From: an uncultured Erysipelotrichaceae bacterium
GTDB taxonomy: Bacteria > Bacillota_I > Bacilli_A > RFN20 > CAG-826
Reading direction: 5' to 3'
Length of the DNA stretch: 50,352 bases
NCBI GenBank assembly: GCA_902796125.1
Contig: CADBNT010000003.1
Location: forward strand, 1-50,352
Every line of letters begins with the position of its first letter. Within the stretch, counting starts at the first letter, position 1. Positions 37,812 to 48,708 of the stretch are shown here, in pieces. The notes under the pieces were generated by a model. It ran no database searches, had not been told where the DNA came from, and saw only the letters and a program-made list of their open reading frames with translations. The translations under genes and the position numbers were made by a program.

Positions 37812-40250
37812 ATGGCAAATTTTATTGAAAAGTTATTTAGAATCGACGCTCGAGTCCTAAAAAAATATGAAAAGGAAGCTGATAAAGTCATTGCATTTGA
37901 AGATACAATGAAAGCTTTAAGCGACGAAGAACTTCGTGCTAAAACTCCATACTTTAAAGATTTACTTGCCAAAGGTGCGTCCTTAGATGATATCAAATAC
38001 GAAGCTTTTGCAACTGCTCGTGAAGCAGCTCGTAGAACTTTAGGGCAATTCCCATTCAAAGTTCAAATTATTGGTTCACTTGTTATGCATGATGGCGATG
38101 TCGCCGAAATGAAAACTGGTGAAGGTAAAACCTTAACCGCTACAATGGCCATTTATTTAAATGCTCTTAAAGGTGAAGGCGCTTATGTTGTTACTGTTAA
38201 CGAATACTTAGCAAGTCGTGACGCTGACTGGATGGGTCAAATCTATAGATTTTTAGGCTTAACTGTTGGCTGTAACTTAAGAGAATTATCTCTTGAAGAA
38301 AAGAAACAAGCCCACCTATGTGATATTTGTTATACAACAAACGCTGAACTTGGTTTTGATTATCTTCGTGATAACATGGCGACATCTCCAAACGGACGCG
38401 TTCTTCGTGGGTTAAACTACGCTGTTATCGATGAAGCTGACTCAATCTTAATTGATGAATCAAGAACTCCTCTTATTATTTCTGGTGGAGCCAAAGCGAC
38501 AGCGTCTCAATATACTGTCGCTGACCGCTTTGTTAAAACTCTTAAAAAGGATCGTGACTTTGAAATCGATGTCAAAGATAAGACTTGTAGTCTTACTGAT
38601 GAAGGTAACGCTCGTGCAGAACGTATGTTTGGCATTCGTAACCTCTATGATCCAGAACATCAAGATTTAGTTCATAGAATTCACCAAGCTCTTAAAGCTA
38701 ACTATATTATGGCTAGAGATGTTGAATATATGGTTGATGCTGAAAACCAAATTCAACTTATCGACCAATTTACAGGTCGTATTCTTAAAGGTCGTGAATA
38801 CTCTGATGGTTTGCATCAAGCTATTCAAGCAAAAGAAAATGTCGAGATTAAACAAGAGACTGTTACTCTTGCGACAATCACATATCAAAACTTCTTCCGT
38901 TTATTTAAAAAGATGTCTGGCATGACTGGTACTGCTAAGACCGAGGAAGAAGAATTCCAAAAAATCTATAACATGCGCGTCGTGTGCATTCCAACCAATA
39001 GACCAATTCAAAGAATTGATGCTATGGATTACATTTATGCTCATAAAGATGAAAAACTTAAAGCTCTTGTTGAAGAGATTAAAACTAGACACGCAAAAGG
39101 ACAACCAATCCTTGTTGGTACAGTTTCTGTTGAATCTTCAGAAGAAGTTTCAAATCTTTTAAAAGAAGCTGGACTTCAACACGAAGTATTGAACGCCAAG
39201 AATCACGCTCGTGAAGCCGAAATTATTAAAAATGCAGGCGCTAAAGGCGCGATTACTATTGCTACCAACATGGCTGGTCGTGGTACCGATATTAAGATTG
39301 ATGACGAAGTCAAAGCTCTCGGTGGACTTTGTGTTTTAGGCACAGAAAGACACGAATCACGTCGTATCGATAACCAATTACGTGGTCGTTCTGGCCGTCA
39401 AGGTGACCCAGGTTTCTCTCGTTTCTATGTTTCGTTCGATGATGAACTTTTAAGAAGATTCGCTGCTGAATCAATTCAAAAACGTATTGAATCATTTGGT
39501 CCAGGACCACTTGAATCAAGAATGTTCTCAGCTGTTATTACAAATGCTCAAAAACAAATCGAAGGTCAAAACTTCGATGTTCGTAAAAACTTACTTGATT
39601 ACGACGATGTTATTTCTCGTCAACGTAAGGCTATTTATGAAAAACGTGACCAAATCATGTTCGCGGATTCCATTGATGATTTAATTCAAGAATTCTTTAC
39701 TACTGCGGGTTATGTTTTATGCCGTAAAGCTGTACCTGCAGATTCTAAAGAAGGACTCATTAATGGCGAAGCTCTTCGTAAAGAAGTTGAACCAAGATTT
39801 ATGCCTCAAGGAACATTTAAAGCTGAAGCTTATGATGAAGCACCTTTAGAAGATGCCGGACAAGACCTTGGCGATAATCTTTACGATATTTATCAAATTC
39901 GTCGTAAACAATGGGGACCTGAAATTGCTAACCAAGTTGAACGTGAAATTGCCCTTAGAACAATTGATCAAAACTGGACAAAACAAATCGATACTATGGC
40001 AAGACTTCGTGAGGGTATTCACTTACGTTCATACGCGAATACAAACCCACTTCAAGACTACGTTAATGAAGGTCAAGATCTCTTTAGAGAATGCCTTGAG
40101 AATATTTCACTTGAATCAGCATTTAAATTCTTAAATGTTGTAGTTCAAATTAAAAAGCCAGTCGAACAACCTGCTCCAGAAGTAGCTAAACCTGATGAGA
40201 ATGATGTTGTAGACGTCGAAGCAAAAGACAAAAAGGAAGAAAAGGAATAA
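37812..40250 (+). CDS. secA: Preprotein translocase ATPase SecA
   Basis: EMKTGEGKT, FDYLRD, IDEADSILIDE, ATNMAGRGTD, QLRGRSGRQGDPG; RBS AAGGAG before ATG 37812. Confidence 0.98.
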   Translation: MANFIEKLFRIDARVLKKYEKEADKVIAFEDTMKALSDEELRAKTPYFKDLLAKGASLDDIKYEAFATAREAARRTLGQFPFKVQIIGSLVMHDGDVAEMKTGEGKTLTATMAIYLNALKGEGAYVVTVNEYLASRDADWMGQIYRFLGLTVGCNLRELSLEEKKQAHLCDICYTTNAELGFDYLRDNMATSPNGRVLRGLNYAVIDEADSILIDESRTPLIISGGAKATASQYTVADRFVKTLKKDRDFEIDVKDKTCSLTDEGNARAERMFGIRNLYDPEHQDLVHRIHQALKANYIMARDVEYMVDAENQIQLIDQFTGRILKGREYSDGLHQAIQAKENVEIKQETVTLATITYQNFFRLFKKMSGMTGTAKTEEEEFQKIYNMRVVCIPTNRPIQRIDAMDYIYAHKDEKLKALVEEIKTRHAKGQPILVGTVSVESSEEVSNLLKEAGLQHEVLNAKNHAREAEIIKNAGAKGAITIATNMAGRGTDIKIDDEVKALGGLCVLGTERHESRRIDNQLRGRSGRQGDPGFSRFYVSFDDELLRRFAAESIQKRIESFGPGPLESRMFSAVITNAQKQIEGQNFDVRKNLLDYDDVISRQRKAIYEKRDQIMFADSIDDLIQEFFTTAGYVLCRKAVPADSKEGLINGEALRKEVEPRFMPQGTFKAEAYDEAPLEDAGQDLGDNLYDIYQIRRKQWGPEIANQVEREIALRTIDQNWTKQIDTMARLREGIHLRSYANTNPLQDYVNEGQDLFRECLENISLESAFKFLNVVVQIKKPVEQPAPEVAKPDENDVVDVEAKDKKEEKE

Positions 40251-41366
40251 TGAAAGAGCTAACAGAACTACGCTTAGAACTTGATGAAGTTACTGAGATG
40301 GTTTATAGACTCGGTGACTCTCTTTGACCTTGCTTTCTTAAACGATAAAATTGAAAAACTTGAAGCAGAACAAAATAGAGATAATTTTTGGGACGATCAA
40401 AAATCTGCTTTAAAAGTCATTGAAGAATATAACGATACAAAAGAACAAAGAGATACATATCTTAAAGTTACCAAAGGTAATGAAGAGATAAAAGATCTTC
40501 TTTTTGCTTGTACAGATGAAGATGAAGATATGAAGGCCATGATAGAAGAACTTCTTAATGACTTAAAAAAAGAAGTTAAAGCCTTCAGACAAAAAGTCTT
40601 ATTTAAAGGACAATTCGATAATCTGAATTGTACATTAGAAATTCATAGTGGTGCGGGAGGCACAGAAGCTCAAGACTGGGCAGACATGCTTTCAAGAATG
40701 TATGTAAGATGGTGTGAAAGACATCATATGAAATTCTCTGTTCTTGATTCTCAACCTGGCGAAGAAGCTGGCATTAAGTCAATGGTATTTTCTATCTCAG
40801 GAAAGAATGTTTATGGCTTACTTAAGAGCGAGAAAGGTGTTCATCGATTAGTGAGAATATCACCATTCGACGCTAATAAGCGTCGTCATACATCTTTCGC
40901 TTCAGTTAATGTCGCTCCAATTTTTGAAGACGATATCGATATTAAAGTTGAAGATAAAGACATTCGCGTTGACACATATCGTAGTGGAGGCGCAGGCGGA
41001 CAAAATGTTAATAAAGTCGAAACAGCCGTTCGCATTTCTCATATTCCTACTGGAATCGTTGTCTCTTGCCAAGTAGAAAGAAGTCAACTTCTCAATAGAG
41101 AGATGGCTATGAAAATGCTTAAGAGTAAGCTTTATCAACTTGAATTAGAAAAGAAAGAAGCTACTTTAAAAGATATTGTTGGTGAACAAAAAGATATTGA
41201 ATGGGGAAGCCAAATCCGTTCGTATGTTTTCTGTCCTTATACAATGGTTAAAGATAATAGAACCAATTATTCAACAAGTGATGTTGACGGAGTAATGGAT
41301 GGGGATTTAGATGACTTTATCTTTGCATATCTCGAATATTTATCCAGAAATGCCGAATTAAAATAA
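40250..41366 (+). CDS. prfB: Peptide chain release factor 2, join(40250..40324,40326..41366) by programmed +1 frameshift
   Basis: 25-codon [28 protein letters not shown] ends CTT TGA C (40322-28); +1 frame carries GGTEA, SPF and GGQ. Confidence 0.96.
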
Positions 41367-43342
41367 TGGAAGAACACAAGTTTCAAATAGTATCTAAATA
41401 CAAGCCAACAGGTGATCAACCACAAGCGATTGAAGAACTTGTTAATGGCATTAATGAAGGCAAGAAACTTCAGGTTCTTTTAGGTGCTACTGGTACTGGT
41501 AAAACATTCACAATTTCCAACGTAATCGAAAGGGTTCAAAAACCTACATTAGTGCTTGTTCATAATAAAACATTGGCAGCACAGCTTTATGCAGAGTTCA
41601 AAGAACTCTTTCCAAATAATAGAGTTGAGTATTTCGTATCAAACTTTGATTTTTATCAACCTGAAGCCTATCTTCCGAAGTCTGATACTTACATTGATAA
41701 AAACGCTGTTATGAACGAAGAAATTGAAATGCTTCGTACATCAGCCATTAATTCTATTTTAGAAAGAAGAGATACTATCATCGTGGGCTCTGTTGCATCT
41801 ATTTATGGTCTTACTGATCCTGATGAATATCGCAATCTTGTATTTGATATTAGAGTTGGTGAAGAAATCGATAGAAAAGCTTTTTTTGCAAGGTTAATTG
41901 ATGCTCAATATGAACGAAACAATCTTGATTTAAAACCTGGAACATTTAGAGTAAGAGGCGATGTAATTGAAATATGTCCGCCTCACTTAACTGATAGAAT
42001 CATTCATATCGATACTTTTGGTGATGAAATTGAACGTATTTGTGAAGTGGATTATTTAACTGGTGATGTTATTCATCAATATAAAACTTATCCTATTTTC
42101 CCTGCTTATGATCACGCTTCAACAAGAAGAAGGATAACTGAAGCTGTAGAAACCATATCTGCCGAACTTGAGGAGCGACTCAAATTCTTTAAAGACAATG
42201 GAAAATTATTGGAAGCAGAAAGACTAGAAATGCGTACCAAACAAGACATGGAAAACATGCTTGAATTTGGCATGTGTCCAGGTATTGAAAACTACTCTAG
42301 ACATATTGATAAAAGGCAACCTGGCCAAAGGCCATTCTCTTTAATTGATTACTTTCCAAAAGATTTTTTAATGGTTATTGATGAGTCTCATGTTACCCTT
42401 CCTCAAGTGCGTGGAATGTATAATGGAGATCGCTCGAGAAAAGAGACTCTTGTTGAGTATGGATTTAGACTTCCAAGTGCTTTAGATAATAGGCCTCTTA
42501 ATTTTGAAGAGTTCGAATCACTTATGCCTCAAGTCATTTGCACTTCAGCGACACCAGGCGATTATGAACTTGAAAAGTGTGAACATAAAGTCGTTGAACA
42601 AATTATTCGACCAACCGGTCTTCTTGATCCAGCTGTGGAAGTTAGAAAAACTCTCGGTCAAATTGACGATTTAATCTATGAAATCAAAAAGAGAATCGCC
42701 AATCATGAACGCACTATGGTTGTTACCTTAACTATTAGAATGGCTGAGGATTTGACGGAGTTTTTGAAAGAAAGAGGCATTAAAGTTGCTTATCTTCATA
42801 ATGAAACAAAGACTCTAGAAAGAACTGAAATTATCTATCAATTGCGTAAAGGAAAATATGATGTTTTAGTAGGCATCAATCTTCTTCGTGAAGGCTTAGA
42901 TATTCCTGAAGTTTCCTTGATCGCTATTTTGGATGCTGATAAAGAGGGATTTTTAAGATCAACTCGTTCATTAATTCAAGTAATAGGAAGAGCTGCAAGA
43001 AATAAAAACGGTCAAGTTATCATGTATGCTGACAATATTACAGATTCAATGAAGGAAGCGATTGATGAAACTGATAGACGTCGTTCTATTCAAAAAAGAT
43101 ATAATGATGAAAACGGAATTATTCCTGAAACAATCATTAAAGAAATACGCGCTCCTATTAAAAATTTTGATGATGAAATTGATGTTATTGACTATAAGTC
43201 AAAACATACAACAAGAACAGAATTGCAAAAAGAGATTAAGCGTTTAGAAAGCGAGATGAAAGCTGCTGCTAAGGCGTTCGAATTCGAAAAAGCTGCCGAA
43301 CTTCGCGATATTATATTTGAGTTAAAGGCATCACTAGAATGA
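41366..43342 (+). CDS. uvrB: Excinuclease ABC subunit B
   Basis: [53 protein letters not shown]. Confidence 0.98.
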   Translation: MEEHKFQIVSKYKPTGDQPQAIEELVNGINEGKKLQVLLGATGTGKTFTISNVIERVQKPTLVLVHNKTLAAQLYAEFKELFPNNRVEYFVSNFDFYQPEAYLPKSDTYIDKNAVMNEEIEMLRTSAINSILERRDTIIVGSVASIYGLTDPDEYRNLVFDIRVGEEIDRKAFFARLIDAQYERNNLDLKPGTFRVRGDVIEICPPHLTDRIIHIDTFGDEIERICEVDYLTGDVIHQYKTYPIFPAYDHASTRRRITEAVETISAELEERLKFFKDNGKLLEAERLEMRTKQDMENMLEFGMCPGIENYSRHIDKRQPGQRPFSLIDYFPKDFLMVIDESHVTLPQVRGMYNGDRSRKETLVEYGFRLPSALDNRPLNFEEFESLMPQVICTSATPGDYELEKCEHKVVEQIIRPTGLLDPAVEVRKTLGQIDDLIYEIKKRIANHERTMVVTLTIRMAEDLTEFLKERGIKVAYLHNETKTLERTEIIYQLRKGKYDVLVGINLLREGLDIPEVSLIAILDADKEGFLRSTRSLIQVIGRAARNKNGQVIMYADNITDSMKEAIDETDRRRSIQKRYNDENGIIPETIIKEIRAPIKNFDDEIDVIDYKSKHTTRTELQKEIKRLESEMKAAAKAFEFEKAAELRDIIFELKASLE

Positions 43343-44271
43343 ATGAAGTAAAACACAACAAAAGAATTTGGGAAATTGACTTCGTAAGAGGCGTTTTAAT
43401 TATCGGAATGGTAATTGATCATTTCATGTTCTTTTTAGGTGGATTGGTGCCTAACATTTTTGCTAATACTGTCATTCCACAATGGCTAATTAGTACTTCT
43501 GATTTTGCTTATGCATATTGGACTCATCCAGCCAAACTTGCAATTCGTTATTTGGGGCTTCTTTTATTCTTTACCTTAATTGGGATCAGCTCTAGATTTT
43601 CAAAGAGTAATCTTAAAAGAGGTTTGCTCACATTTGGTTTTGGTGTTGTGATGGCATTAGGATTGCTAATTTTCTCTAGTATCAGTGGTGTTCATTACTA
43701 CGCTTTGTTTCCAATTATTGCTTGTTTAGGTGCAAGCATGCTTATGTACTATGGAGCAAAGCAACTATTTGTTAAGGTAATTAAGATAAAAGAAGAACAA
43801 TGGAAGTGGTGGTCATTAGGAATTGGTGCTGTCATTGTGATAACTGGTTTCACACTAAATCTAGTATTTACAACATATGAATATAGATTTGGTCATATCT
43901 TCTTAACAATGATGGGTCAATATACTCCAGGACCATGGAATTCAGATACGGCTTTGGAGCCAATAAAATATCCGCTTGTTATTCTTGGAATTGAAAAATG
44001 GGGTAATGACTGGTTAGGTCTACTTCCATATTCTGGTTTTACATTTATAGGTGGCTTTATTGGTGAACATTTCTATGCCGAAAAGAAATCATTGTTCTTT
44101 AGAACAAATGAAGAGAAAAATCTTGCATTTAATGATAAGGCAAACGAAGTTACAAAACCTATAAATTGGCTTGGGAATAAAACTATTTGGGTTTACATTG
44201 CTCATCCATTTGTTTTGATACCGCCAATATTTGTCTTGTTCTGGATTGCTACAGGACAGTGGCCATTTTAG
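43339..44271 (+). CDS. DUF1624 / heparan-alpha-glucosaminide N-acetyltransferase-like membrane protein
   Basis: R.WEIDF.RG..I..M..DH; F..L.GIS; D...LLP; LG..T...Y..H; multiple TMs. Confidence 0.75.
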   Translation: MNEVKHNKRIWEIDFVRGVLIIGMVIDHFMFFLGGLVPNIFANTVIPQWLISTSDFAYAYWTHPAKLAIRYLGLLLFFTLIGISSRFSKSNLKRGLLTFGFGVVMALGLLIFSSISGVHYYALFPIIACLGASMLMYYGAKQLFVKVIKIKEEQWKWWSLGIGAVIVITGFTLNLVFTTYEYRFGHIFLTMMGQYTPGPWNSDTALEPIKYPLVILGIEKWGNDWLGLLPYSGFTFIGGFIGEHFYAEKKSLFFRTNEEKNLAFNDKANEVTKPINWLGNKTIWVYIAHPFVLIPPIFVLFWIATGQWPF

Positions 44272-44339
44272 AATAAAGCATTTGCTTTAGAAAAAGCATT
44301 GTGGCAATATATTAAAGCAACTTGAAAGGAGTAAAGACT

Positions 44340-44576
44340 ATGCAGTGGTATGATATTGTATTCTTGTTAATCGCATTGATTATCATTGTTTTATCACTCC
44401 TCCAAGGCGGTAAATCAGAAGGTGCTTCTGGCGCTATTACCGGTGGCGGCATGAACGTATTCGTCAAAACAAAGGAAAGAGGTTCTGAAAAGATTATCAC
44501 AATTCTAACCTTTGTATTCGTAGCGGTATTCATGTTCCTCGCTATATTAATTAGCTGCTTACAAGCCGCAGCCTAA
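44340..44576 (+). CDS. secG: Preprotein translocase subunit SecG
   Basis: Two TMs around LLQ.GKSEG.SGAITGG...F.K.KERG.E; RBS AAGGAG before ATG 44340. Confidence 0.93.
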   Translation: MQWYDIVFLLIALIIIVLSLLQGGKSEGASGAITGGGMNVFVKTKERGSEKIITILTFVFVAVFMFLAILISCLQAAA

Positions 44577-44579
44577 GAT

Positions 44580-44601
44580 AAGTCGCCTATTGGCGGCTTT
44601 T
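44580..44601 (+). terminator. Intrinsic terminator
   Basis: AAGTCGCC-TATT-GGCGGCTTTT. Confidence 0.7.
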
Positions 44602-44620
44602 CATTTAAAGGAGATACATT

Positions 44621-45847
44621 ATGAAAAAATCTATATTAAAAAAGTATGCTCATCTTATTTGTAAAGTTGGCGCGAATGTCCAAAAAGGACAAGACGTCAT
44701 TCTTTACATTAATGTTGAACACGAAGACTTAGCAAATTTCATTGTTGAAGATTGCTATAGACTTGGTGCCAACATGGTTACTGTTAGATGGGATAGCGAC
44801 AAAGTTACAAAAACCATTAACAAAAAGGCTAGTTTAAAAGCTCTTTCTACAATTCCAGATTGGGCAATTGAAAGAGAAAAGCATTACAACAAAACTCTTC
44901 CAGCTTACATCTACATTGAATCAAGTGATCCTGATGCTATGAAGGGCGTCAATCAAATGAAGATGATGAAGGTTCATCAAGCTATTTTCCCAATCCTCAA
45001 GCCATTACGCGACGAAAGAGATAATAAATATCAATGGACAATCGCTGGTGCTCCATCTATTCCATGGGCGAAAAAGGTTTTCCCAAATCTTCCAGCTAAA
45101 AAGGCTTATAACAAACTTTGGGAAGCTATTCTTCAAACCTCTAGATTTGGCGATGATCCTGTTAAAAACTGGGAAGAACATAATGCCGATTTAGACAAGA
45201 GAAGAAAATATTTAAATTCATTGAATTTAGATTATCTCCATTATCAATCTAAAAACGGTACCGACTTTAAAGTGTGGCTTATTCCAAATGCTTTATTTTT
45301 AGCGGGTGGAGAAACAACACTCGGCTCAAATGTTTACTATAATCCAAACATTCCAACTGAAGAGTGTTTTACATCTCCAATGAAAGGTAAAGCTGAAGGT
45401 ATTGTTTATTCCAGTAAACCACTTTCTTATAGAGGCGAACTTATTGAAAACTTCTCTGTAAGATTTGAAAAGGGTAAAGCTGTTGAAGTTCATGCTGAAA
45501 AAGGTGAAGAACTTCTTAAACAAATGATTAGCATGGATCCAAATGCTGGTTATCTTGGTGAAGTTGCACTTATTCCATTTGATTCTCCAATTAATAATAC
45601 TGGCATCATTTTCTTCAATACTCTTTATGACGAAAACGCAGCCTGCCACCTTGCTTTAGGCATGGGCTTTACAAACGTTATTAAAGATTATGAAAAATAT
45701 TCAAACGATGAACTTCACGCTATGGGAGTTAACGATGCTTCTATTCACGTTGACTTTATGATTGGCGATAAGGATTTAAACATCACTGGTTATACCCATG
45801 ATGGTAAAGAAGTTGCCATCTTTAGAAATGGTAATTGGGCTTTCTAA
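44621..45847 (+). CDS. pepS: Aminopeptidase, M29 (PepS/AmpS) family
   Basis: NIPTEECFTSP, LGEVAL, LYDENAACHLALG, HVDFMIG. Confidence 0.93.
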   Translation: MKKSILKKYAHLICKVGANVQKGQDVILYINVEHEDLANFIVEDCYRLGANMVTVRWDSDKVTKTINKKASLKALSTIPDWAIEREKHYNKTLPAYIYIESSDPDAMKGVNQMKMMKVHQAIFPILKPLRDERDNKYQWTIAGAPSIPWAKKVFPNLPAKKAYNKLWEAILQTSRFGDDPVKNWEEHNADLDKRRKYLNSLNLDYLHYQSKNGTDFKVWLIPNALFLAGGETTLGSNVYYNPNIPTEECFTSPMKGKAEGIVYSSKPLSYRGELIENFSVRFEKGKAVEVHAEKGEELLKQMISMDPNAGYLGEVALIPFDSPINNTGIIFFNTLYDENAACHLALGMGFTNVIKDYEKYSNDELHAMGVNDASIHVDFMIGDKDLNITGYTHDGKEVAIFRNGNWAF

Positions 45848-45866
45848 AAAAGTCTTAAAACTAAAG

Positions 45867-45892
45867 AAAAACTCGCGATTTGCGAGTTTTTT
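45867..45892. terminator. Bidirectional intrinsic terminator
   Basis: AAAAACTCGC-GATTT-GCGAGTTTTTT between convergent genes. Confidence 0.88.
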
Positions 45893-45893
45893 A

Positions 45894-46211
45894 TTAAAAC
45901 AAATTATCATCAATTACATCAATTATATTGCTTAATGGAATAATTCCTTTGCTTGTTAACAGAGCTCTTTGAGTTGATTCTATTTTGATAATTGATGTCT
46001 TTATTTCAAATAAGTATCCATCATAGTAATATTTGATTCTAATTTCTTGGTCATGATAGTTTTTAAGAATCTCGTTTATCTTATTTGCTCTATCGCTTGA
46101 AATAGATGGCTTATCGATCTTATTTCTTTCGTAGCGCATTTTCTCAAGACATGTGCTTTGTTCGATAAGAGAAGAAAATGGTGCCCATTTTTTCATTCCA
46201 CGTTCACTCAT
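45894..46211 (-). CDS. YolD-like accessory protein
   Basis: RGMKKWAPF signature; 4-nt overlap with the Y-family polymerase. Confidence 0.85.
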   Translation of the reverse strand: MSERGMKKWAPFSSLIEQSTCLEKMRYERNKIDKPSISSDRANKINEILKNYHDQEIRIKYYYDGYLFEIKTSIIKIESTQRALLTSKGIIPLSNIIDVIDDNLF

Positions 46212-47452
46212 TTATGGTGTCCTCCTATCTGGTTATGTCTTTCTTTGGCAGTACTCTCTTCCAAAAGAGATGACCCTCTTAACACTATATTTTTTCCGTA
46301 ACGAATTTTCAATTCATCTGTTACTTTTTGGAGTGCTTTTCTTTCTTCACTAGTTCTATCATCTTCAAATAAAGAGAGTTGATCTCCTTCATCATTCGAA
46401 AACTTGCCAAAGCTTATATAGATGCTTTTTGCATAATGGTTGCCAATATATTTATCGAAGATTGAAGCTATATCTTTAAACAATATTTCTGTGTCATCTG
46501 TAGGAAAATCTAGCGTCACGTGATGTGAAAATCCTCCACCTTCTTTTGATGAAAATCCTACGCCTAAGCCTAAAAGGCTTGTCTTTTGTTTATGTTCCCT
46601 AAGACGCATTGCTAAATCATCAGTCATTTCTTTGACGATCAATCTAGCCTGCTTAGGTGTGTAGTCCTTTATTAAGACTTGTCCTAATGATAAAGATGTA
46701 TCTTCTGGAATATATTTTTCTCTTATGTCTGAATCATCGATTCCATTCGCATGGTTCCAAAGTTGTTCTCCAAGAACACCAAATTTAGCCTTAAGAAGGT
46801 TTTTATCTGTTTTTGCAAGTTGTCCAACGTCATAAATTCCTAAGGCATTTAGTTTTCTTTCATATCCACTTGATATACCCCACATTTTGGAAAGAGGGGA
46901 AAGCTTCCAAAGTTTCTTTTCAATGTCGTCTTTTGTCCAAACAGATATATAAGGAGGTTTCTTTTTAGCGTCGTTATCTAATGCAACCTTTGCTAAAAGC
47001 ATGTTATATGAAACTCCAGCAGTGGTGACTAGTCCTGTTTTCTTAGTAATAGCCCTTTGAATCTTCATAGTTAATTCTCTTGGAGTTGCATTATACATTT
47101 TTAAATATGGACCAAGATTAATAAACATTTCATCTATCGAATAGACGTGGATATCATCTTCGCCTACGAAATCTAAAACAATAGAAACTATTTCGGCAGA
47201 TTTTTCGACGTAGTGTTGCATTCTCGGTTTAGCGTATATCATGCCTTTTATAGGTGGGAGCTCTTTTCTTCTACATCTAGAAGGCACTCCTTTTGCTTTT
47301 AAATAGGGAGAAACTGATAAGACGATTGTGTTATAGCCTCTTTCGGCATCGCACACTACTAAAGGTGTAGTGAAAGGATTGAGTTTACGATCAACGCACT
47401 CAACAAAAGCATAGAAAGCTTTCATATCTATAACTGCAATCGCTTTTTCCAT
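46208..47452 (-). CDS. Y-family DNA polymerase, UvrX/YqjW (PolY2-like) type
   Basis: IDMKAFYA.VE, YSIDE, AKVALD, WGI, H.NGID, C-terminal RH.QIGGH. Confidence 0.92.
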   Translation of the reverse strand: MEKAIAVIDMKAFYAFVECVDRKLNPFTTPLVVCDAERGYNTIVLSVSPYLKAKGVPSRCRRKELPPIKGMIYAKPRMQHYVEKSAEIVSIVLDFVGEDDIHVYSIDEMFINLGPYLKMYNATPRELTMKIQRAITKKTGLVTTAGVSYNMLLAKVALDNDAKKKPPYISVWTKDDIEKKLWKLSPLSKMWGISSGYERKLNALGIYDVGQLAKTDKNLLKAKFGVLGEQLWNHANGIDDSDIREKYIPEDTSLSLGQVLIKDYTPKQARLIVKEMTDDLAMRLREHKQKTSLLGLGVGFSSKEGGGFSHHVTLDFPTDDTEILFKDIASIFDKYIGNHYAKSIYISFGKFSNDEGDQLSLFEDDRTSEERKALQKVTDELKIRYGKNIVLRGSSLLEESTAKERHNQIGGHHK

Positions 47453-47552
47453 ATTGAGATTTTACAACAAATACTTATTCATTATCAGTCTTGATTATAA
47501 ATATTTTTCGTATTGCTATATTTTTAATATAAATAATGATTAAATTATATCT

Positions 47553-48668
47553 ATGGAAGTATTCAATTCTAATACTCTTGTAAATCTATCTAACTCAATT
47601 CTTAAGGCATTTGATGTTCCAACTTTTCATGAAACAATTCCTGAAATTGATGAAGTAATTAAAGGTCACAAGAAAATTGTTTTAGTGCTTTTTGATGGAA
47701 TGGGGCAAAACATTACTCGATATCATTTAAAAGAAGACTCGTTTATTAGAAGTCACTACGTCCATACAATCAATTCTGTTTATCCACCTACAACTGCTGC
47801 AGCAACGACATCAGTGCTAACTGCTAAATTCTCTATTGAGACAGGATGGCTCGCGTGGGCGACATATTTCCCAGAAGTGAAACGTAACATTATCTTGTTT
47901 AGAGGATATGATTACAACACTGGTGAAAAAGTCGATCCAAATATTGCTTATAAAAAGTTTCCAAACACACAAATATTTGACTTAATTAAAGAAAAAGATA
48001 AAGACGTAAAAACTTTCTGTTTACAACGTTTTCCAATTCAACAAAATGGGCCTAAATATCTATGTTCTGCAAAGAAAATGATTAAAAATGAACTTAAAAA
48101 CTCTAGCAAAGCCTTTGGATATTTCTATTGGGATACGCCTGATGTTGAGATGCATGCGAACGGAATATACGCTCCAATTATTAAAAGAAAAGTTCACGCC
48201 TTAAATCGCTTCATGAAAAGGCTAACTAAAGCGGTTCCTGATACCTTATTTATCCTTATTGCTGACCATGGACACGTTAATACCGAATATGTTGATATCT
48301 CAGAGCATGATGATCTTTATTCGTTAATGAGCCAACCAGCTTGTTTGGAAAAGCGTTCTCCTTCATTTTTCGTTAAGGAAGGAAAACAAAACGAATTCAA
48401 AGAACTATTCAACAAATATTATGGTGATGAGTTCGACTTATTAACCAAGGAAGAAGTTGTTAAGTTTAAATTGTTTGGTGAAGGTAAACCACGTGATGAA
48501 GTCCTAGATTCTTTTGGTGATTTTGTTGCATTATCTAGAGGCAAATATTCCTTATATAGTTCTAAAGAATTTAAATCTTCATCAAAACATAAAGGAACCT
48601 TTCCAGGACATCATGGTGGAGGAACAAAAGAAGAAAGACTCATTGATGTCTCGATTTATAATCGATAA
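47553..48668 (+). CDS. Alkaline-phosphatase-superfamily protein (type I phosphodiesterase/nucleotide pyrophosphatase-like)
   Basis: FDGMG, SVYPPTT, D..MH..G, IADHGH, GHHGG; no signal peptide. Confidence 0.85.
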   Translation: MEVFNSNTLVNLSNSILKAFDVPTFHETIPEIDEVIKGHKKIVLVLFDGMGQNITRYHLKEDSFIRSHYVHTINSVYPPTTAAATTSVLTAKFSIETGWLAWATYFPEVKRNIILFRGYDYNTGEKVDPNIAYKKFPNTQIFDLIKEKDKDVKTFCLQRFPIQQNGPKYLCSAKKMIKNELKNSSKAFGYFYWDTPDVEMHANGIYAPIIKRKVHALNRFMKRLTKAVPDTLFILIADHGHVNTEYVDISEHDDLYSLMSQPACLEKRSPSFFVKEGKQNEFKELFNKYYGDEFDLLTKEEVVKFKLFGEGKPRDEVLDSFGDFVALSRGKYSLYSSKEFKSSSKHKGTFPGHHGGGTKEERLIDVSIYNR

Positions 48669-48697
48669 TTGATTTTTGGTATAAATATATCTATTAT
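48669..48697 (+). promoter_or_regulatory. tRNA promoter
   Basis: TTGATT-N17-TATTAT ending 11 nt before the tRNA. Confidence 0.65.
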
Positions 48698-48708
48698 TAT
48701 TACCTAAT

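Noticed and set aside
40281-40325. ORF-track N-terminus of prfB (MMKLLRWF...) or prfB pseudogene
   Set aside because: Explained by the programmed +1 frameshift from ATG 40250.
432-46353. Many 60-130 aa ORFs nested in or antisense to long genes
   Set aside because: Shadow frames of well-supported genes, without RBS or motifs.
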